This document shows positions 28,527 to 38,540 of a stretch of 64,000 nucleotides of DNA, piece after piece. Position numbers and translations under genes: made by a program. Position 1 is the first letter of the stretch; each line of letters opens with the position of its first letter. Under the pieces are notes generated by a model. It searched no databases. It saw only the letters and a program-made list of their open reading frames with translations, and was not told the origin of the DNA. Origin of the DNA: a virus (lineage: Duplodnaviria; Caudoviricetes); IMG/VR virus record IMGVR_UViG_3300005573_000075, positions 25,781 through 89,780 of that record, one strand, 5' to 3'.

Positions 28527-30307
28527 TGCTAAGTGGAATTTATTCAAATCATTATGATAATTTTGCAGAATTAGTAACTGCATTACCTAGTGATATTTTA
28601 TACCCAAAAGATAGTTCTGTAATTCCATACAAAAAAGATTCTTTGTTCTTTTTCTATTTGCCTTCAGAAATTAACAGACCTTTAGATATATACATAAATG
28701 ATAATTTTCTATACTCAGTAACGGTTGATGATGAAGGATATTTATTTTTCTCAGAAGATATTCCTTATGGCGATTTTGAATTGAAAATCAAAAACGGGAA
28801 TAATCTTGTTTATTCTAATAAATTTTCATCTAAGTATGCACACGAATTTGTTTATATTATCAGTCAACTATTCAAAGATTCTAAAATAGAATCTTTGAAA
28901 TTATTTAATGATACATTTTTAATGGAAGGCGATTATTATTCTCAAAAGATAAGGGAAGGGGCTTTAACTGATAATTATGGTAGCTATTTTGATTTCCCTA
29001 AACCACCGGATTGGGATTATGATTTCTATCATAAAGTCCTCATAGCCGCCAACCAATCCTTGCAAACTGCTAGCAGTTTGCAAGGGGTGAAGGGGATAAT
29101 AAAAGTGGTAACCAATTATGATATAGATATTGATAATTTATTGCCTTTGCAAGAATCTGAAGATTTTGTGGTAGGGGATTCCAATGTGGATAATCCTGTG
29201 AATTCTTTAATTCAAAAAGGATTTACATATGTAGTAAAAATAAAACATCAAGGATTTGATAGGCAGGATGTTCCTGTAAAAAGAACAAGAAATTCCAATA
29301 TAGATACATTAGATAATGATTGGATAAATATATATGCTCCTGTGATATACAATGAGTATGATTTTTGGGGAGAAAGTTTTGATATTGACCCTAATAATAG
29401 AACATATACTTTTACAGGTGAATATTCTCAAAATTATATAAGTGTATACTTAAATGGATTATATATCCCCTCTACATTATATACTTTAAACAACAATTCC
29501 ATTACATTAGCCAATTCGTTAGAATTGGCTAATGGGGATACTTTGTGGATTACAGGGTATAAATTTGATGATAGTTTATCCAAACGAGAAGAAGTATATA
29601 CTATACCTGATAATAATCCTGTGGAATATACGCTTTCTTATCCCTGTATTCCTTCTACTTTAAGGGTATATTTAAATGGTTTAATGTTAGCAAGAAATGT
29701 TAGTTATACCTTTGATGGTACAAAAGTAACTATTTTAACTGCTACTAAACAAGGGGATACGTTGATTTTAGAATATCATTCTCAGGGTAATAACTGGTAT
29801 AAGCAAGAATATGCAATATTAAATAATTCACAATATACATTGAATACTTCAGCAAATTTAAAAAATGTATGGGTTTATCTTAATGGAATTAATTTAAGAG
29901 GAAATGGGTATGATTGGGATATAGCAAGTAATATTATAACTTTATATGTAAGTGTAACGGCTGGGGATAGTTTGTATGTAGAATATATTGAAGATATCCC
30001 TTATGGTAATAATGTTAAAATTTATCAAGGAAATCAATTTTATTATCAAGATGTTGATTTTCTTATAAATTATCCTAAAGGGCAGGTGATATGGTTAACT
30101 CAAAACAAACCTGCAGATGATTCTGTGTATTTTGCAAGTTATAATTATTTTCCTAAAACGATTTTAGAACATTTATTTAAATATGTAACTCCAGCAACTA
30201 TAAGGATTAAACAGCAGTATTTATACACAAAAGGGACACAAATATTAGTATATAACCCATATTTCTGGAATGGGCAAGAAAATCCAAGTGGGGATATAAT
30301 TTTGTGA
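28526..30307 (+). CDS. Baseplate wedge protein with three Ig-like (VYLNG) modules
   Basis: LTDNYGSYFDF...SLQGVKGII wedge-like segment; three VYLNG...GD modules; C-terminal YVTPATIR. Confidence 0.55.
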   Translation: MLSGIYSNHYDNFAELVTALPSDILYPKDSSVIPYKKDSLFFFYLPSEINRPLDIYINDNFLYSVTVDDEGYLFFSEDIPYGDFELKIKNGNNLVYSNKFSSKYAHEFVYIISQLFKDSKIESLKLFNDTFLMEGDYYSQKIREGALTDNYGSYFDFPKPPDWDYDFYHKVLIAANQSLQTASSLQGVKGIIKVVTNYDIDIDNLLPLQESEDFVVGDSNVDNPVNSLIQKGFTYVVKIKHQGFDRQDVPVKRTRNSNIDTLDNDWINIYAPVIYNEYDFWGESFDIDPNNRTYTFTGEYSQNYISVYLNGLYIPSTLYTLNNNSITLANSLELANGDTLWITGYKFDDSLSKREEVYTIPDNNPVEYTLSYPCIPSTLRVYLNGLMLARNVSYTFDGTKVTILTATKQGDTLILEYHSQGNNWYKQEYAILNNSQYTLNTSANLKNVWVYLNGINLRGNGYDWDIASNIITLYVSVTAGDSLYVEYIEDIPYGNNVKIYQGNQFYYQDVDFLINYPKGQVIWLTQNKPADDSVYFASYNYFPKTILEHLFKYVTPATIRIKQQYLYTKGTQILVYNPYFWNGQENPSGDIIL

Positions 30308-30316
30308 GAGGTAAAA

Positions 30317-32431
30317 ATGAGAAATGATAATAAATATAAATTTTTTGCAAAACAAATATTAACACCTGAAGTGTTAAACAATACTATTGACACTTTGGTT
30401 GAGGATATAGGTCAACATTATTTTATTCATCAGGAAGGTATAATTCCTGCTAAAGAGATGTATAATTTGACAGGTAATAATAAATGGCAATTATTTAGCG
30501 ATTTTGAGATTACTGCAGCTACAGGATTAAATGTAAATATCGGCCCTGGAGTTGCTATTAATAAAAATGGAGAATTAATAATCATTCCTACAGATGATAC
30601 AAATACATATGACCCTGCTAATGTTACTAAAGTTGATCAAGATGGGAGGCTTATTCCACAATCATCAGGACATTTAACTATTCCTATTCCTGCGGGTTCC
30701 ACTAAATATATTTATATATCTTATTTGAAAGTTACTAAAATTAGTAATGTTGAACCACACCCAAATTCAAATGATGAGTACACTTTAAATACAGAAACAG
30801 GGGATCTGAATTATATTCATTATGTCAATGGATATAATATAGAATTATTTGATACTCTACAAATAGGGACAGATAAGATTTATTTAGGTAAAGTTACCGC
30901 AGATATTGCAAATGTATATATAGATATGAGTGGTAGAACATTTGCATATATACCAGCTACATATATAAAAACGAAGGTCCCTGCCGCTAATCCTACTATC
31001 AATTATAATTCAGGGGATTTAGTGAGTATAGAAAATCACATAAATTCAGTAGGGGATATTACAGCTATATCTAAAAATAATCCACATGGGATAACAATAA
31101 ATAGTATTCCAGATCTTGCTAATAGATTTAATATGTTTTCTACTCATGGTGAATTGTTCAATGAAAATGGCTTAATAGATAAAGATAAACAGATGTTACC
31201 TATTATATTAGGATCAGGACTTCGAGGGGTACCTTATGTATCATTAAATCCTCTTTTAAATGACCAATATATCCTTTTGAATACAAAATTGTATTCAATT
31301 GAGGCTATTGTATATTCCGAAATATTTTTGAATAATATATTACAGATGTCTGCTATTACGTCACCTACTTTTTATGTAGATTTTCCTACTAGTAGGGCTA
31401 ATGGTGTTTATTATATCGTTTTGTTTGAGTATACTGTAGACAATGTTGTTTATATTGCAGTAAAGGCTATACAAGCTACTAATATAGGTACTTTAAATAA
31501 ACAAACCGTTTATGATTTAATATTACATCCTGAGGGGCATGGTATTGATTTAAGTTCTGAATTACCTGTATATATAGTGAATTGGCAAAATGGAAGTTTT
31601 GCACAAATAATAGATCCTTTTTCAGATACCATGGTAGATTCTATAGATATTAGAAAATTTGGATATATAGGTAATACTTTGATACATAATACAGCATCAA
31701 AAGATATATTCTATTTAGATCATAATTTAATTTTGAATAATAAGAGTATCACTGTATTTAATAATACATATTCCGATAAATTAACTATACAACCTCAAAC
31801 TAATTATATTGATTTAACTGGTACTAATTTGAATATTGGTTTTGATAAACTATATGTAAAAGGAATTACAGGGGATAAAGATTTTAATATAAATGGGGTT
31901 ACTCAAATTAATGGCGAATTATATTTAAAATCATCTAACAATGATGCAGTAATATATAGGTATGCAGGGAATAATCCATATATTAAATATAACAATAGCA
32001 CGGGTACTTGGCGAATTTCTAATGATGGTACTTCAGAAGAAGATATCAATATGTGGTCCATGCCTAGGTGGTTGAAGTTTAATGTTGATTATAGTAAATT
32101 TTCCGTAGCTGGTACCCAGACAAGTTATAAGATTTATGACTTACCTGCTGGGGCGGTTATTCATATGGTTAAGATAAAACATTCTGTGGCGTTTAATTTA
32201 TCACCATATTATTTATCTGTAGGGATATATTCAGATTTAACTAAATATACTTCGTTATTTGATGTTAGTACTGCAATATCTTCAACAAATTTTTATTTAG
32301 CTACTAATAATATAAGTGAAGATCATGATAATACTGTTGAAATATATGTGCAAGCTGTAGCGAACGCTAATTTGAATGGAGCTTCCGCTGGAGTGGCGGA
32401 TATTTGGTTACTAGTAAGTATAGCTAAGTAA
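30317..32431 (+). CDS. Baseplate-attached fibre / wedge protein
   Basis: N-terminal FFAKQILTPEVLN and NVNIGPGVAINKNGELI, plus an NPHG motif, typical of proximal fibre proteins. Confidence 0.55.
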   Translation: MRNDNKYKFFAKQILTPEVLNNTIDTLVEDIGQHYFIHQEGIIPAKEMYNLTGNNKWQLFSDFEITAATGLNVNIGPGVAINKNGELIIIPTDDTNTYDPANVTKVDQDGRLIPQSSGHLTIPIPAGSTKYIYISYLKVTKISNVEPHPNSNDEYTLNTETGDLNYIHYVNGYNIELFDTLQIGTDKIYLGKVTADIANVYIDMSGRTFAYIPATYIKTKVPAANPTINYNSGDLVSIENHINSVGDITAISKNNPHGITINSIPDLANRFNMFSTHGELFNENGLIDKDKQMLPIILGSGLRGVPYVSLNPLLNDQYILLNTKLYSIEAIVYSEIFLNNILQMSAITSPTFYVDFPTSRANGVYYIVLFEYTVDNVVYIAVKAIQATNIGTLNKQTVYDLILHPEGHGIDLSSELPVYIVNWQNGSFAQIIDPFSDTMVDSIDIRKFGYIGNTLIHNTASKDIFYLDHNLILNNKSITVFNNTYSDKLTIQPQTNYIDLTGTNLNIGFDKLYVKGITGDKDFNINGVTQINGELYLKSSNNDAVIYRYAGNNPYIKYNNSTGTWRISNDGTSEEDINMWSMPRWLKFNVDYSKFSVAGTQTSYKIYDLPAGAVIHMVKIKHSVAFNLSPYYLSVGIYSDLTKYTSLFDVSTAISSTNFYLATNNISEDHDNTVEIYVQAVANANLNGASAGVADIWLLVSIAK

Positions 32432-32441
32432 GGAGAATTTT

Positions 32442-32912
32442 ATGGCGGTGATTGAAAATAAAAATAGTAATATAAAACCTGGTACAGTTATGGCGTTTCC
32501 TATTAATAGTGTTCCAGAAGGGTGGTTAATGTGTAATGGTGCGGCATATAGTCGTACTGTATACAATAAGTTGTTCGCTGTAATAGGAACAACTTATGGG
32601 GCGGGGGATGGGAGTACCACTTTTAATGTGCCGGATTTTAGAGGTAGATTTTTGAGGGGATATGGAACAGATCCTGCTGACCCTAATAGATATAGCGATG
32701 CAATAGGAACATATCAAGCCGATGGATTTAAAAATCACGAACATCAAGTTGTGGGTTATTATAGAGGTGTAGAGGGTGATGGTGGAACGGCTGTTCACGC
32801 TTTTTATTTATCAGGTGCAACCGCATATACACAGGTTATTCCAATAACAGTTGGTGGTGGGTTAGAAACAAGACCTGTAAACATGGCAGTAGTATATTGC
32901 ATTAAATACTAA
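32442..32912 (+). CDS. Tail collar domain protein
   Basis: PGTVMAF...VPEGWLMCNGAAYSRTVYNKLFAVIGTTYGAGDGSTTFNVPDFRGRFLRG; ETRPVNMAVVYCIKY. Confidence 0.92.
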   Translation: MAVIENKNSNIKPGTVMAFPINSVPEGWLMCNGAAYSRTVYNKLFAVIGTTYGAGDGSTTFNVPDFRGRFLRGYGTDPADPNRYSDAIGTYQADGFKNHEHQVVGYYRGVEGDGGTAVHAFYLSGATAYTQVIPITVGGGLETRPVNMAVVYCIKY

Positions 32913-32923
32913 AGGAGATTTCA

Positions 32924-33523
32924 ATGGCAAATATTAAACAAGTTTATCAATACGATTCAAACACAAAAGAGTTCATAAACATAACATTAGCCCAAGAATC
33001 CCCCCTCGAACCAGGTGTTTGGGCGTTACCGCCCAACACCACTGAAATTGCACCGCCACAGGTGGGGCAATTTCAGAAACCGGTGTGGAATGAAACAACT
33101 AAGCAATGGGATATAAAACCTGATTATAGGAATGCTAAAGTTTATTCCACAAGTGGGGCTAATATAGGTCAAGAGATAAAGCTTGAACTTGGGCAGGATT
33201 TAGGTACCAATACATTAATAGAACCGCCGAAATTGACTAAATTGTATGAAGAATTAAAATGGCAGGGTTATTGGCTTATTGCCAATAACCCGGAGAAGGG
33301 GATGGAGTTGATAAGGGCAGAACGTAATAGATTACTAAGTTCAACAGATTGGTTAGTTTTAAGGCATCAAGATGAGATAGCAAGAGGGGTTACGACTACA
33401 TTAACATCAGGACAATATCAAGAACTTCTAAATTATAGACAAGCCTTGAGAGACTTGCCGGATAATCCAAACTTAGATGTATTTAACCCTGTTTATCCCG
33501 CAAAACCAAGTTGGCTACAGTGA
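32924..33523 (+). CDS. Tail fibre assembly chaperone
   Basis: VYQYDSNTKEF...ESPLEPGVWALPPNTTEIAPP; RAERNRLLSSTDW...YRQALRDLP. Confidence 0.85.
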   Translation: MANIKQVYQYDSNTKEFINITLAQESPLEPGVWALPPNTTEIAPPQVGQFQKPVWNETTKQWDIKPDYRNAKVYSTSGANIGQEIKLELGQDLGTNTLIEPPKLTKLYEELKWQGYWLIANNPEKGMELIRAERNRLLSSTDWLVLRHQDEIARGVTTTLTSGQYQELLNYRQALRDLPDNPNLDVFNPVYPAKPSWLQ

Positions 33524-33531
33524 GAAAAAAA

Positions 33532-33556
33532 ATGACAATAAAGGGGATATATAATA
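33532..33556 (+). promoter_or_regulatory. Phage-type promoter-like motif ahead of the second late gene block
   Basis: ATGACA-ATAAAGGGGATA-TATAAT (12-nt spacer) in the intergenic gap, followed by SD GAGAGG. Confidence 0.65.
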
Positions 33557-33571
33557 GAGAGGATCAAACCA

Positions 33572-33889
33572 ATGGCACCAAATAATGATATGCTTTTTAA
33601 AATGATTCATGACTTAACCGTAGAGCATACAAAAGCGGTAGATTCTTTGGATAAGTTATTATCTCAATTAAATGATATTTTAAATGAATTAAAAGAATTA
33701 AATAAAAGGCATATTGAAGATACTGATAAATTCAAGAAAGATTTGGAAAATAATCATCATAAAATTAATAAAAGTATAAAATATTTAATATGGGTAAATA
33801 TTGGAGCATTGACGATTCTGTTAATAACTGTAAAAGACCCTATAAATTTATTAGAGCATGTATTTAAATTTTTTGTAAATCTTTTCTGA
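33572..33889 (+). CDS. Coiled-coil protein with C-terminal transmembrane helix (holin-like candidate)
   Basis: Heptad-rich N-terminus then LIWVNIGALTILLITV. Confidence 0.45.
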   Translation: MAPNNDMLFKMIHDLTVEHTKAVDSLDKLLSQLNDILNELKELNKRHIEDTDKFKKDLENNHHKINKSIKYLIWVNIGALTILLITVKDPINLLEHVFKFFVNLF

Positions 33890-33890
33890 T

Positions 33891-34016
33891 ATGAGAAATA
33901 GGAAAGTAAAAATTGAAACACTTCAACAATATATGAAAATTTTGAAAAAAGAAAGATATATCTTTGCTAAGTATAAAACAAATTTAAAGAAACTAAATGG
34001 GGGACATGTAGGTTAA
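33891..34016 (+). CDS. Small basic protein (41 aa, not in the ORF track)
   Basis: MRNRKVKIETLQQYMKILKKERYIFAKYKTNLKKLNGGHVG fills the gap with 1-nt spacing on both sides. Confidence 0.5.
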   Translation: MRNRKVKIETLQQYMKILKKERYIFAKYKTNLKKLNGGHVG

Positions 34017-34017
34017 A

Positions 34018-34539
34018 ATGGATTACGCTTCTAAAATAAGATTGTTAAGAATCCCGCTGGATGAAAACTATAAAGAGGTTTCAGTATTATATTTATATGA
34101 CCCTATAGCGAACGCTTTTGCTCCCGCTAGTTCAGTGCCATTTGACAATGACACTTTAGCGATGAATGTTAATATAGTGGGAGGATTATTACAAACTCAG
34201 AATTTACAAGTTACTTCAGATGCTGTAATAGATAAAAGCAAGACACAAATAACAACTTCTAATGGTTGGCAGTCAGTTATATTGGATACTAAAAAAAGTT
34301 TAAATAAAACTATAACTATAAAAAATGCAGGGACTCAGGATATTTTAATAAGAATATCAGGATCTTTAGATGGCGAAGAATGGGATATATCTTTATTAGG
34401 AGAAACTTTATTAACTCCTAATAATAAAGTTATTATATACAATAATAAATATTATTATTCTATGACAGTAGATGTACGCAATGCGGTAACTAATATGAGT
34501 TCTACCGCAATAGTTAAATTTGCTGGAATCGCAGCGTGA
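34018..34539 (+). CDS. Beta-rich putative virion protein
   Basis: C-terminal LDTK..KTI.IKN..SLD segment is paralogous to the next gene. Confidence 0.5.
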   Translation: MDYASKIRLLRIPLDENYKEVSVLYLYDPIANAFAPASSVPFDNDTLAMNVNIVGGLLQTQNLQVTSDAVIDKSKTQITTSNGWQSVILDTKKSLNKTITIKNAGTQDILIRISGSLDGEEWDISLLGETLLTPNNKVIIYNNKYYYSMTVDVRNAVTNMSSTAIVKFAGIAA

Positions 34540-35047
34540 GGATAATATGAGTATACTAGATTTTTTAAAAAATAAACCCTTAGAAGGTGGAGCTGTAATA
34601 CAAACAGACAGTGGAACCACTACTTCAAGAATCATTACTTTAGACGAAACTCCTACATTCATATCTGACTTAAATCAAAATTTATTACAAGTTAATAATG
34701 ATGGTTCTTTATCTGTTAAACCAAAAGAGCGGATTTTTGCGGGGGAAACAATAACTACTACAGATTCTTATACTAATATTCGCCCTGTAAATGGTAATTT
34801 TGATACTAAATTATTAGCACATAAGACATTTATATGTGCTAATATAGATAATAAACCAGCACTTTTAACGGTTAAATATACTTTAGATAATACTTTCTAT
34901 TTTGTAACTCAGTCTAATATTACTTTGAATGCTAGTGAAATATTTTTATTAGATGAAGCTAAAGCTATTATGGCTATTAGTTTTGAAGCGAAATCTAAGA
35001 ATGTAGGGCAACCTACAACTTTATATTCTGTAGGCTATGGATTTTAA
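34520..35047 (+). CDS. Beta-rich putative virion protein (paralog of 34018)
   Basis: FDTKLLAHKTFICAN...YTLD; likely start is the ATG at 34547. Confidence 0.5.
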   Translation: MLESQREDNMSILDFLKNKPLEGGAVIQTDSGTTTSRIITLDETPTFISDLNQNLLQVNNDGSLSVKPKERIFAGETITTTDSYTNIRPVNGNFDTKLLAHKTFICANIDNKPALLTVKYTLDNTFYFVTQSNITLNASEIFLLDEAKAIMAISFEAKSKNVGQPTTLYSVGYGF

Positions 35048-35056
35048 GGAGTAAAA

Positions 35057-36280
35057 ATGGGTTCAATAGTATTGAATTCTCAAACTGGGGAAGTTAATAG
35101 CACCGCTATTATTAATATTAATAATCAATTAGCGGATTCTCAAGGGACTATAATAAATCCTGCTAAGGAAGATGGTAATTTACAAACAATATCTAGTGAA
35201 ATTGTAACTAAATTAAATTTAACTTTATCAGATTTATTAAATGGAATTAAAGGAATAGATAATAAAGATATATCTACTTTAGAACAAAAAATTATCGATT
35301 TACAAACATTTTTAAATAATAAATTTAATTTATCTATACAAGATTTAGCTAATGCTCTAGAACAGATAACAGTTACTATTGATAATATAATAGGAATTAA
35401 AGATACTTCAGGAACGCAAATAAATCCTGCTACTTTAGAAAGTATTCAAGGATTAAATACTTTACTTACAGATATAAAAACTTTAATAAATTCATTGGAT
35501 ACAAAAACTATTATAGTAAATACTAATGATGTTAAGATTACAAGTTCAGTATTACCTACTAATGCGGCTAAAGAAGCAGGAGGGAATCTTGATTTAATTA
35601 AATCAAATACAGATAAAATAGATGTTTCTTTATCCACCAGAGCAACAGAAACTACTTTACAAAATATAGATACCAATGTAATAGCATTAAGTCCAAAGGT
35701 TGATGCTATTAAAACTCAATTAGATACACGAGTAAGGGGTCTTTTTGATGTTAATGGAGATCCTATAAATTCAGTTTTAATACCTATAACAGGTAATAGA
35801 AGTATATCTAATTTAAGTGCCACAATAGATCAATATTATGCTTTTAATAAACAGATGTTTTATTATGGATATTCTGTATCTATTGGTGGTAATGATACGA
35901 ATGTTATGGCACTAATAAATCCTGTGGGTAGTGGAAAAACGATTTTAATTAAAAGAATATGTATAGCAAGAAATCAAGATAATAATAATGGAGTTTTCTT
36001 TTCTATTAGATCAGGGGCTACGGTATCTTCAGGAACACCAGTAACTCCATTATCCACAATAAGTGGTGGAACTTCAGCTGCAGTTTTATATACCGCTCCT
36101 GCGGTAACTGCCACAGGAAATTTATTATGTGTTATGGCATTAAATTCAAATGAAAGTAGCAAGCAAGAAGATTTTAATTTAATATACGGATTAAATACAG
36201 GAGAAAATTTACTTATAATAGGCAACGCTACTGCTAATGGAACTCCGTGTTTTGTTACTCTTAATTGGGTGGAGGTATAG
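35057..36280 (+). CDS. Putative virion structural protein with INPA repeats and a coiled region
   Basis: GTIINPAKED, GTQINPATLE and GDPINS repeats; beta-rich C-terminus. Confidence 0.5.
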   Translation: MGSIVLNSQTGEVNSTAIININNQLADSQGTIINPAKEDGNLQTISSEIVTKLNLTLSDLLNGIKGIDNKDISTLEQKIIDLQTFLNNKFNLSIQDLANALEQITVTIDNIIGIKDTSGTQINPATLESIQGLNTLLTDIKTLINSLDTKTIIVNTNDVKITSSVLPTNAAKEAGGNLDLIKSNTDKIDVSLSTRATETTLQNIDTNVIALSPKVDAIKTQLDTRVRGLFDVNGDPINSVLIPITGNRSISNLSATIDQYYAFNKQMFYYGYSVSIGGNDTNVMALINPVGSGKTILIKRICIARNQDNNNGVFFSIRSGATVSSGTPVTPLSTISGGTSAAVLYTAPAVTATGNLLCVMALNSNESSKQEDFNLIYGLNTGENLLIIGNATANGTPCFVTLNWVEV

Positions 36281-36920
36281 AATGTTTGATGTAATAACTT
36301 TAGACTACCCTCAGTTTACGGACATAGTAACAAAGAAAAAGGCAAGAATACAGTATATTGAAAAAGAAAATCAGTATTGTCTATTTGCGTATGATGGACC
36401 AATAAAATATTACACTTGTATTTATAAACAAGACCCAAAGATTGATAATTTTAATTGGGTTCAAGAGCAAAATAATTTAAATGACTTTGAAAGTAAATAT
36501 AAACCTATTGCTAATAGACCTATCAGTTTTAGTCCTGTGGAAGGTGAGAGCGTTTTTAAATCTTTTTTGTTAGAAATTCTAGATAACCAACAGCAAGGAA
36601 TTATATCAATAGATATAGCGGAAGTTTACGGTAAGGATATAGAATTAAGAAGGGTTAGACCAAGACCTGTTCAAGCAAAAAAGGGAGATAAGGTTCATTT
36701 TGAAGTCTGGGCTAAGGAAGGATATGGGTTGCCTACTGATGCTCCTTTACGAAAATTCGGAGAAACCTATCTTGAAGGTGGAGATGGCTGGTCTGGTCCC
36801 TGGTATGAAGGAGTAGGGACTGCTCAAATTTCACAAATTTTTATACTTAAATTAATATATGATAAAGGGTCAGATTTAACTTACAGGAGATTTTACTTGG
36901 ATGTTGAGGTAATAGTTTGA
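36237..36920 (+). CDS. Putative virion protein
   Basis: QYIEKENQYCLFAYDGP...DFESKYK; likely start is the ATG at 36282. Confidence 0.5.
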   Translation: MELRVLLLLIGWRYRMFDVITLDYPQFTDIVTKKKARIQYIEKENQYCLFAYDGPIKYYTCIYKQDPKIDNFNWVQEQNNLNDFESKYKPIANRPISFSPVEGESVFKSFLLEILDNQQQGIISIDIAEVYGKDIELRRVRPRPVQAKKGDKVHFEVWAKEGYGLPTDAPLRKFGETYLEGGDGWSGPWYEGVGTAQISQIFILKLIYDKGSDLTYRRFYLDVEVIV

Positions 36921-38122
36921 TGAGAAATTTAGATTATATTTTAAATCGTTTCATTCGCAAAGCTCAGCAAGAGATAGCAGAAGTTCAGCCGTCTGAAAAG
37001 GGGATAATTATTGTTTTTGAAGGATTAGATGGAAGTGGAAAATCTACTCAAGTTAAATTGTTAGCTTCTATTTTTGAAAAAATAGGAAAAGAAGTAGTAG
37101 TATCTAAATGGAATTCAGCTAATAAAATTTCTGATATAATAAGAGAATTGAAAAATAAAAAAGATTTAAAGCCTCAAACTTGGATTTTATTAGAAGCAGC
37201 CGATTTATATGAAAGATTGCGTACTTGTATATTACCGGTCGTTGCTAGAGGCGGTATTGCTATTTTAGATAGATATTATTATACCGCTTTGGTAAGAGGG
37301 ACAGTAAGAGGATTAAATTTAGGATGGATCTATAATTTATATAAATATGCTCCTAAACCAGATTTTATATTCTATTTTAAAGTAGATCCTTCCGTATCTA
37401 TGACTAGAGTAATTAAAAGATCTAAAGAATTGACATTATCAGATGTAATAGATATAGATCATTCTTTAAAATTTTATGAAACTGGACAAGATGTTTCATT
37501 AGCAGAAAATGCATTGGCAAATTTTTATATGTTTCAAAAAGAAATGCTTTCTTTATATGATTTAATTTTTAATGAATTAAAAGATAAAATATACTATATA
37601 GACGCTTCAAAAGATATTTTTTCAATATATGGGGATATATTAGAATATTTAAGAGAATATAAAATATTACAAGGGTTTAGAAAATTTAAAGATATTGTTT
37701 ATTTTGTGGAATTTCCAAAAGGTTCAGTAAGAGTAGCTGGAGATAATAAATTAGTAATGCCATGTGAATATGGATTCATTCCCAATACATTAGGGGAAGA
37801 TTTAATGGAAATAGATGTTATAGTTGGGGATAATGAGAATAGCAATAAAGTAATAAAATTTTATCATCATAATAAAAAAGGGAAATTTTCTGAAGTAAAA
37901 TATGCTATAGGGTTTTCTTCTACTCAAGATGCTATAGAACATTATTCAAAGATATATCCTAACAGAATACTTAAGTATGATGAATTAAATTGGGATATGT
38001 TTAAAAAGGAAATTAATGAGAATAAATTAGATCCTAAAACGCAATTTGTGGAGAATTTAATAAAAATAAATATAGGTAAGGGATATGAAAATAGTAATAC
38101 AGAGAATCAAACAATTTCCTGA
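36917..38122 (+). CDS. tmk: Thymidylate kinase fused to a C-terminal inorganic pyrophosphatase-like domain
   Basis: IVFEGLDGSGKST P-loop, DRYYY, PKPDFIFYF; C-terminal VEFPKGS...YGFIPNTLGED..IDV. Confidence 0.88.
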   Translation: MMRNLDYILNRFIRKAQQEIAEVQPSEKGIIIVFEGLDGSGKSTQVKLLASIFEKIGKEVVVSKWNSANKISDIIRELKNKKDLKPQTWILLEAADLYERLRTCILPVVARGGIAILDRYYYTALVRGTVRGLNLGWIYNLYKYAPKPDFIFYFKVDPSVSMTRVIKRSKELTLSDVIDIDHSLKFYETGQDVSLAENALANFYMFQKEMLSLYDLIFNELKDKIYYIDASKDIFSIYGDILEYLREYKILQGFRKFKDIVYFVEFPKGSVRVAGDNKLVMPCEYGFIPNTLGEDLMEIDVIVGDNENSNKVIKFYHHNKKGKFSEVKYAIGFSSTQDAIEHYSKIYPNRILKYDELNWDMFKKEINENKLDPKTQFVENLIKINIGKGYENSNTENQTIS

Positions 38123-38540
38123 TTGTACTATAGGGGAATTATATTTTGAAGATAATAATAATTCTAATTTGTTTTGTAATACTTTGGAGGATGTTGTAAG
38201 GCCAATTTCAGAAAAAATATATGGCAATACTGCAATACCTGCAGGGGAATATATAGTAATAATAGATTACTCTAATAGATTTAAAAAAGAAATGCCACAT
38301 ATATTAAAACCTGATTTTTCTGAATTAGCAAATTTCAAAGGAATTAGAATACATCCAGGTAATACTGCAAAAGATACAGAAGGCTGTATACTTGTAGGAA
38401 TATGGGATAAAAAATCTCCGTATATTATGCAAAGTAAAATAACATTTGATAAATTTATGAATATAATTGTACCTATATTGAATAAAGAAAAGAAAATTTT
38501 TTTGACAATAAAAGATACATTAAGTGAGGGAAAGGCATGA
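38085..38540 (+). CDS. DUF5675-family protein (endolysin candidate)
   Basis: CTIGEL..FCNTLED..TAIPAGEY..SNRF..GIRIHPGNT..DTEGCILVG. Confidence 0.8.
   Translation: MKIVIQRIKQFPDCTIGELYFEDNNNSNLFCNTLEDVVRPISEKIYGNTAIPAGEYIVIIDYSNRFKKEMPHILKPDFSELANFKGIRIHPGNTAKDTEGCILVGIWDKKSPYIMQSKITFDKFMNIIVPILNKEKKIFLTIKDTLSEGKA

Noticed and set aside
13810-33523. Extracellular contractile injection system or tailocin rather than a phage
   Set aside because: Neck-like genes, a frameshifting chaperone, and replication, recombination and early genes are present, and no eCIS-type AAA+ ATPase sits in the tail cluster; the head genes probably lie outside the window.
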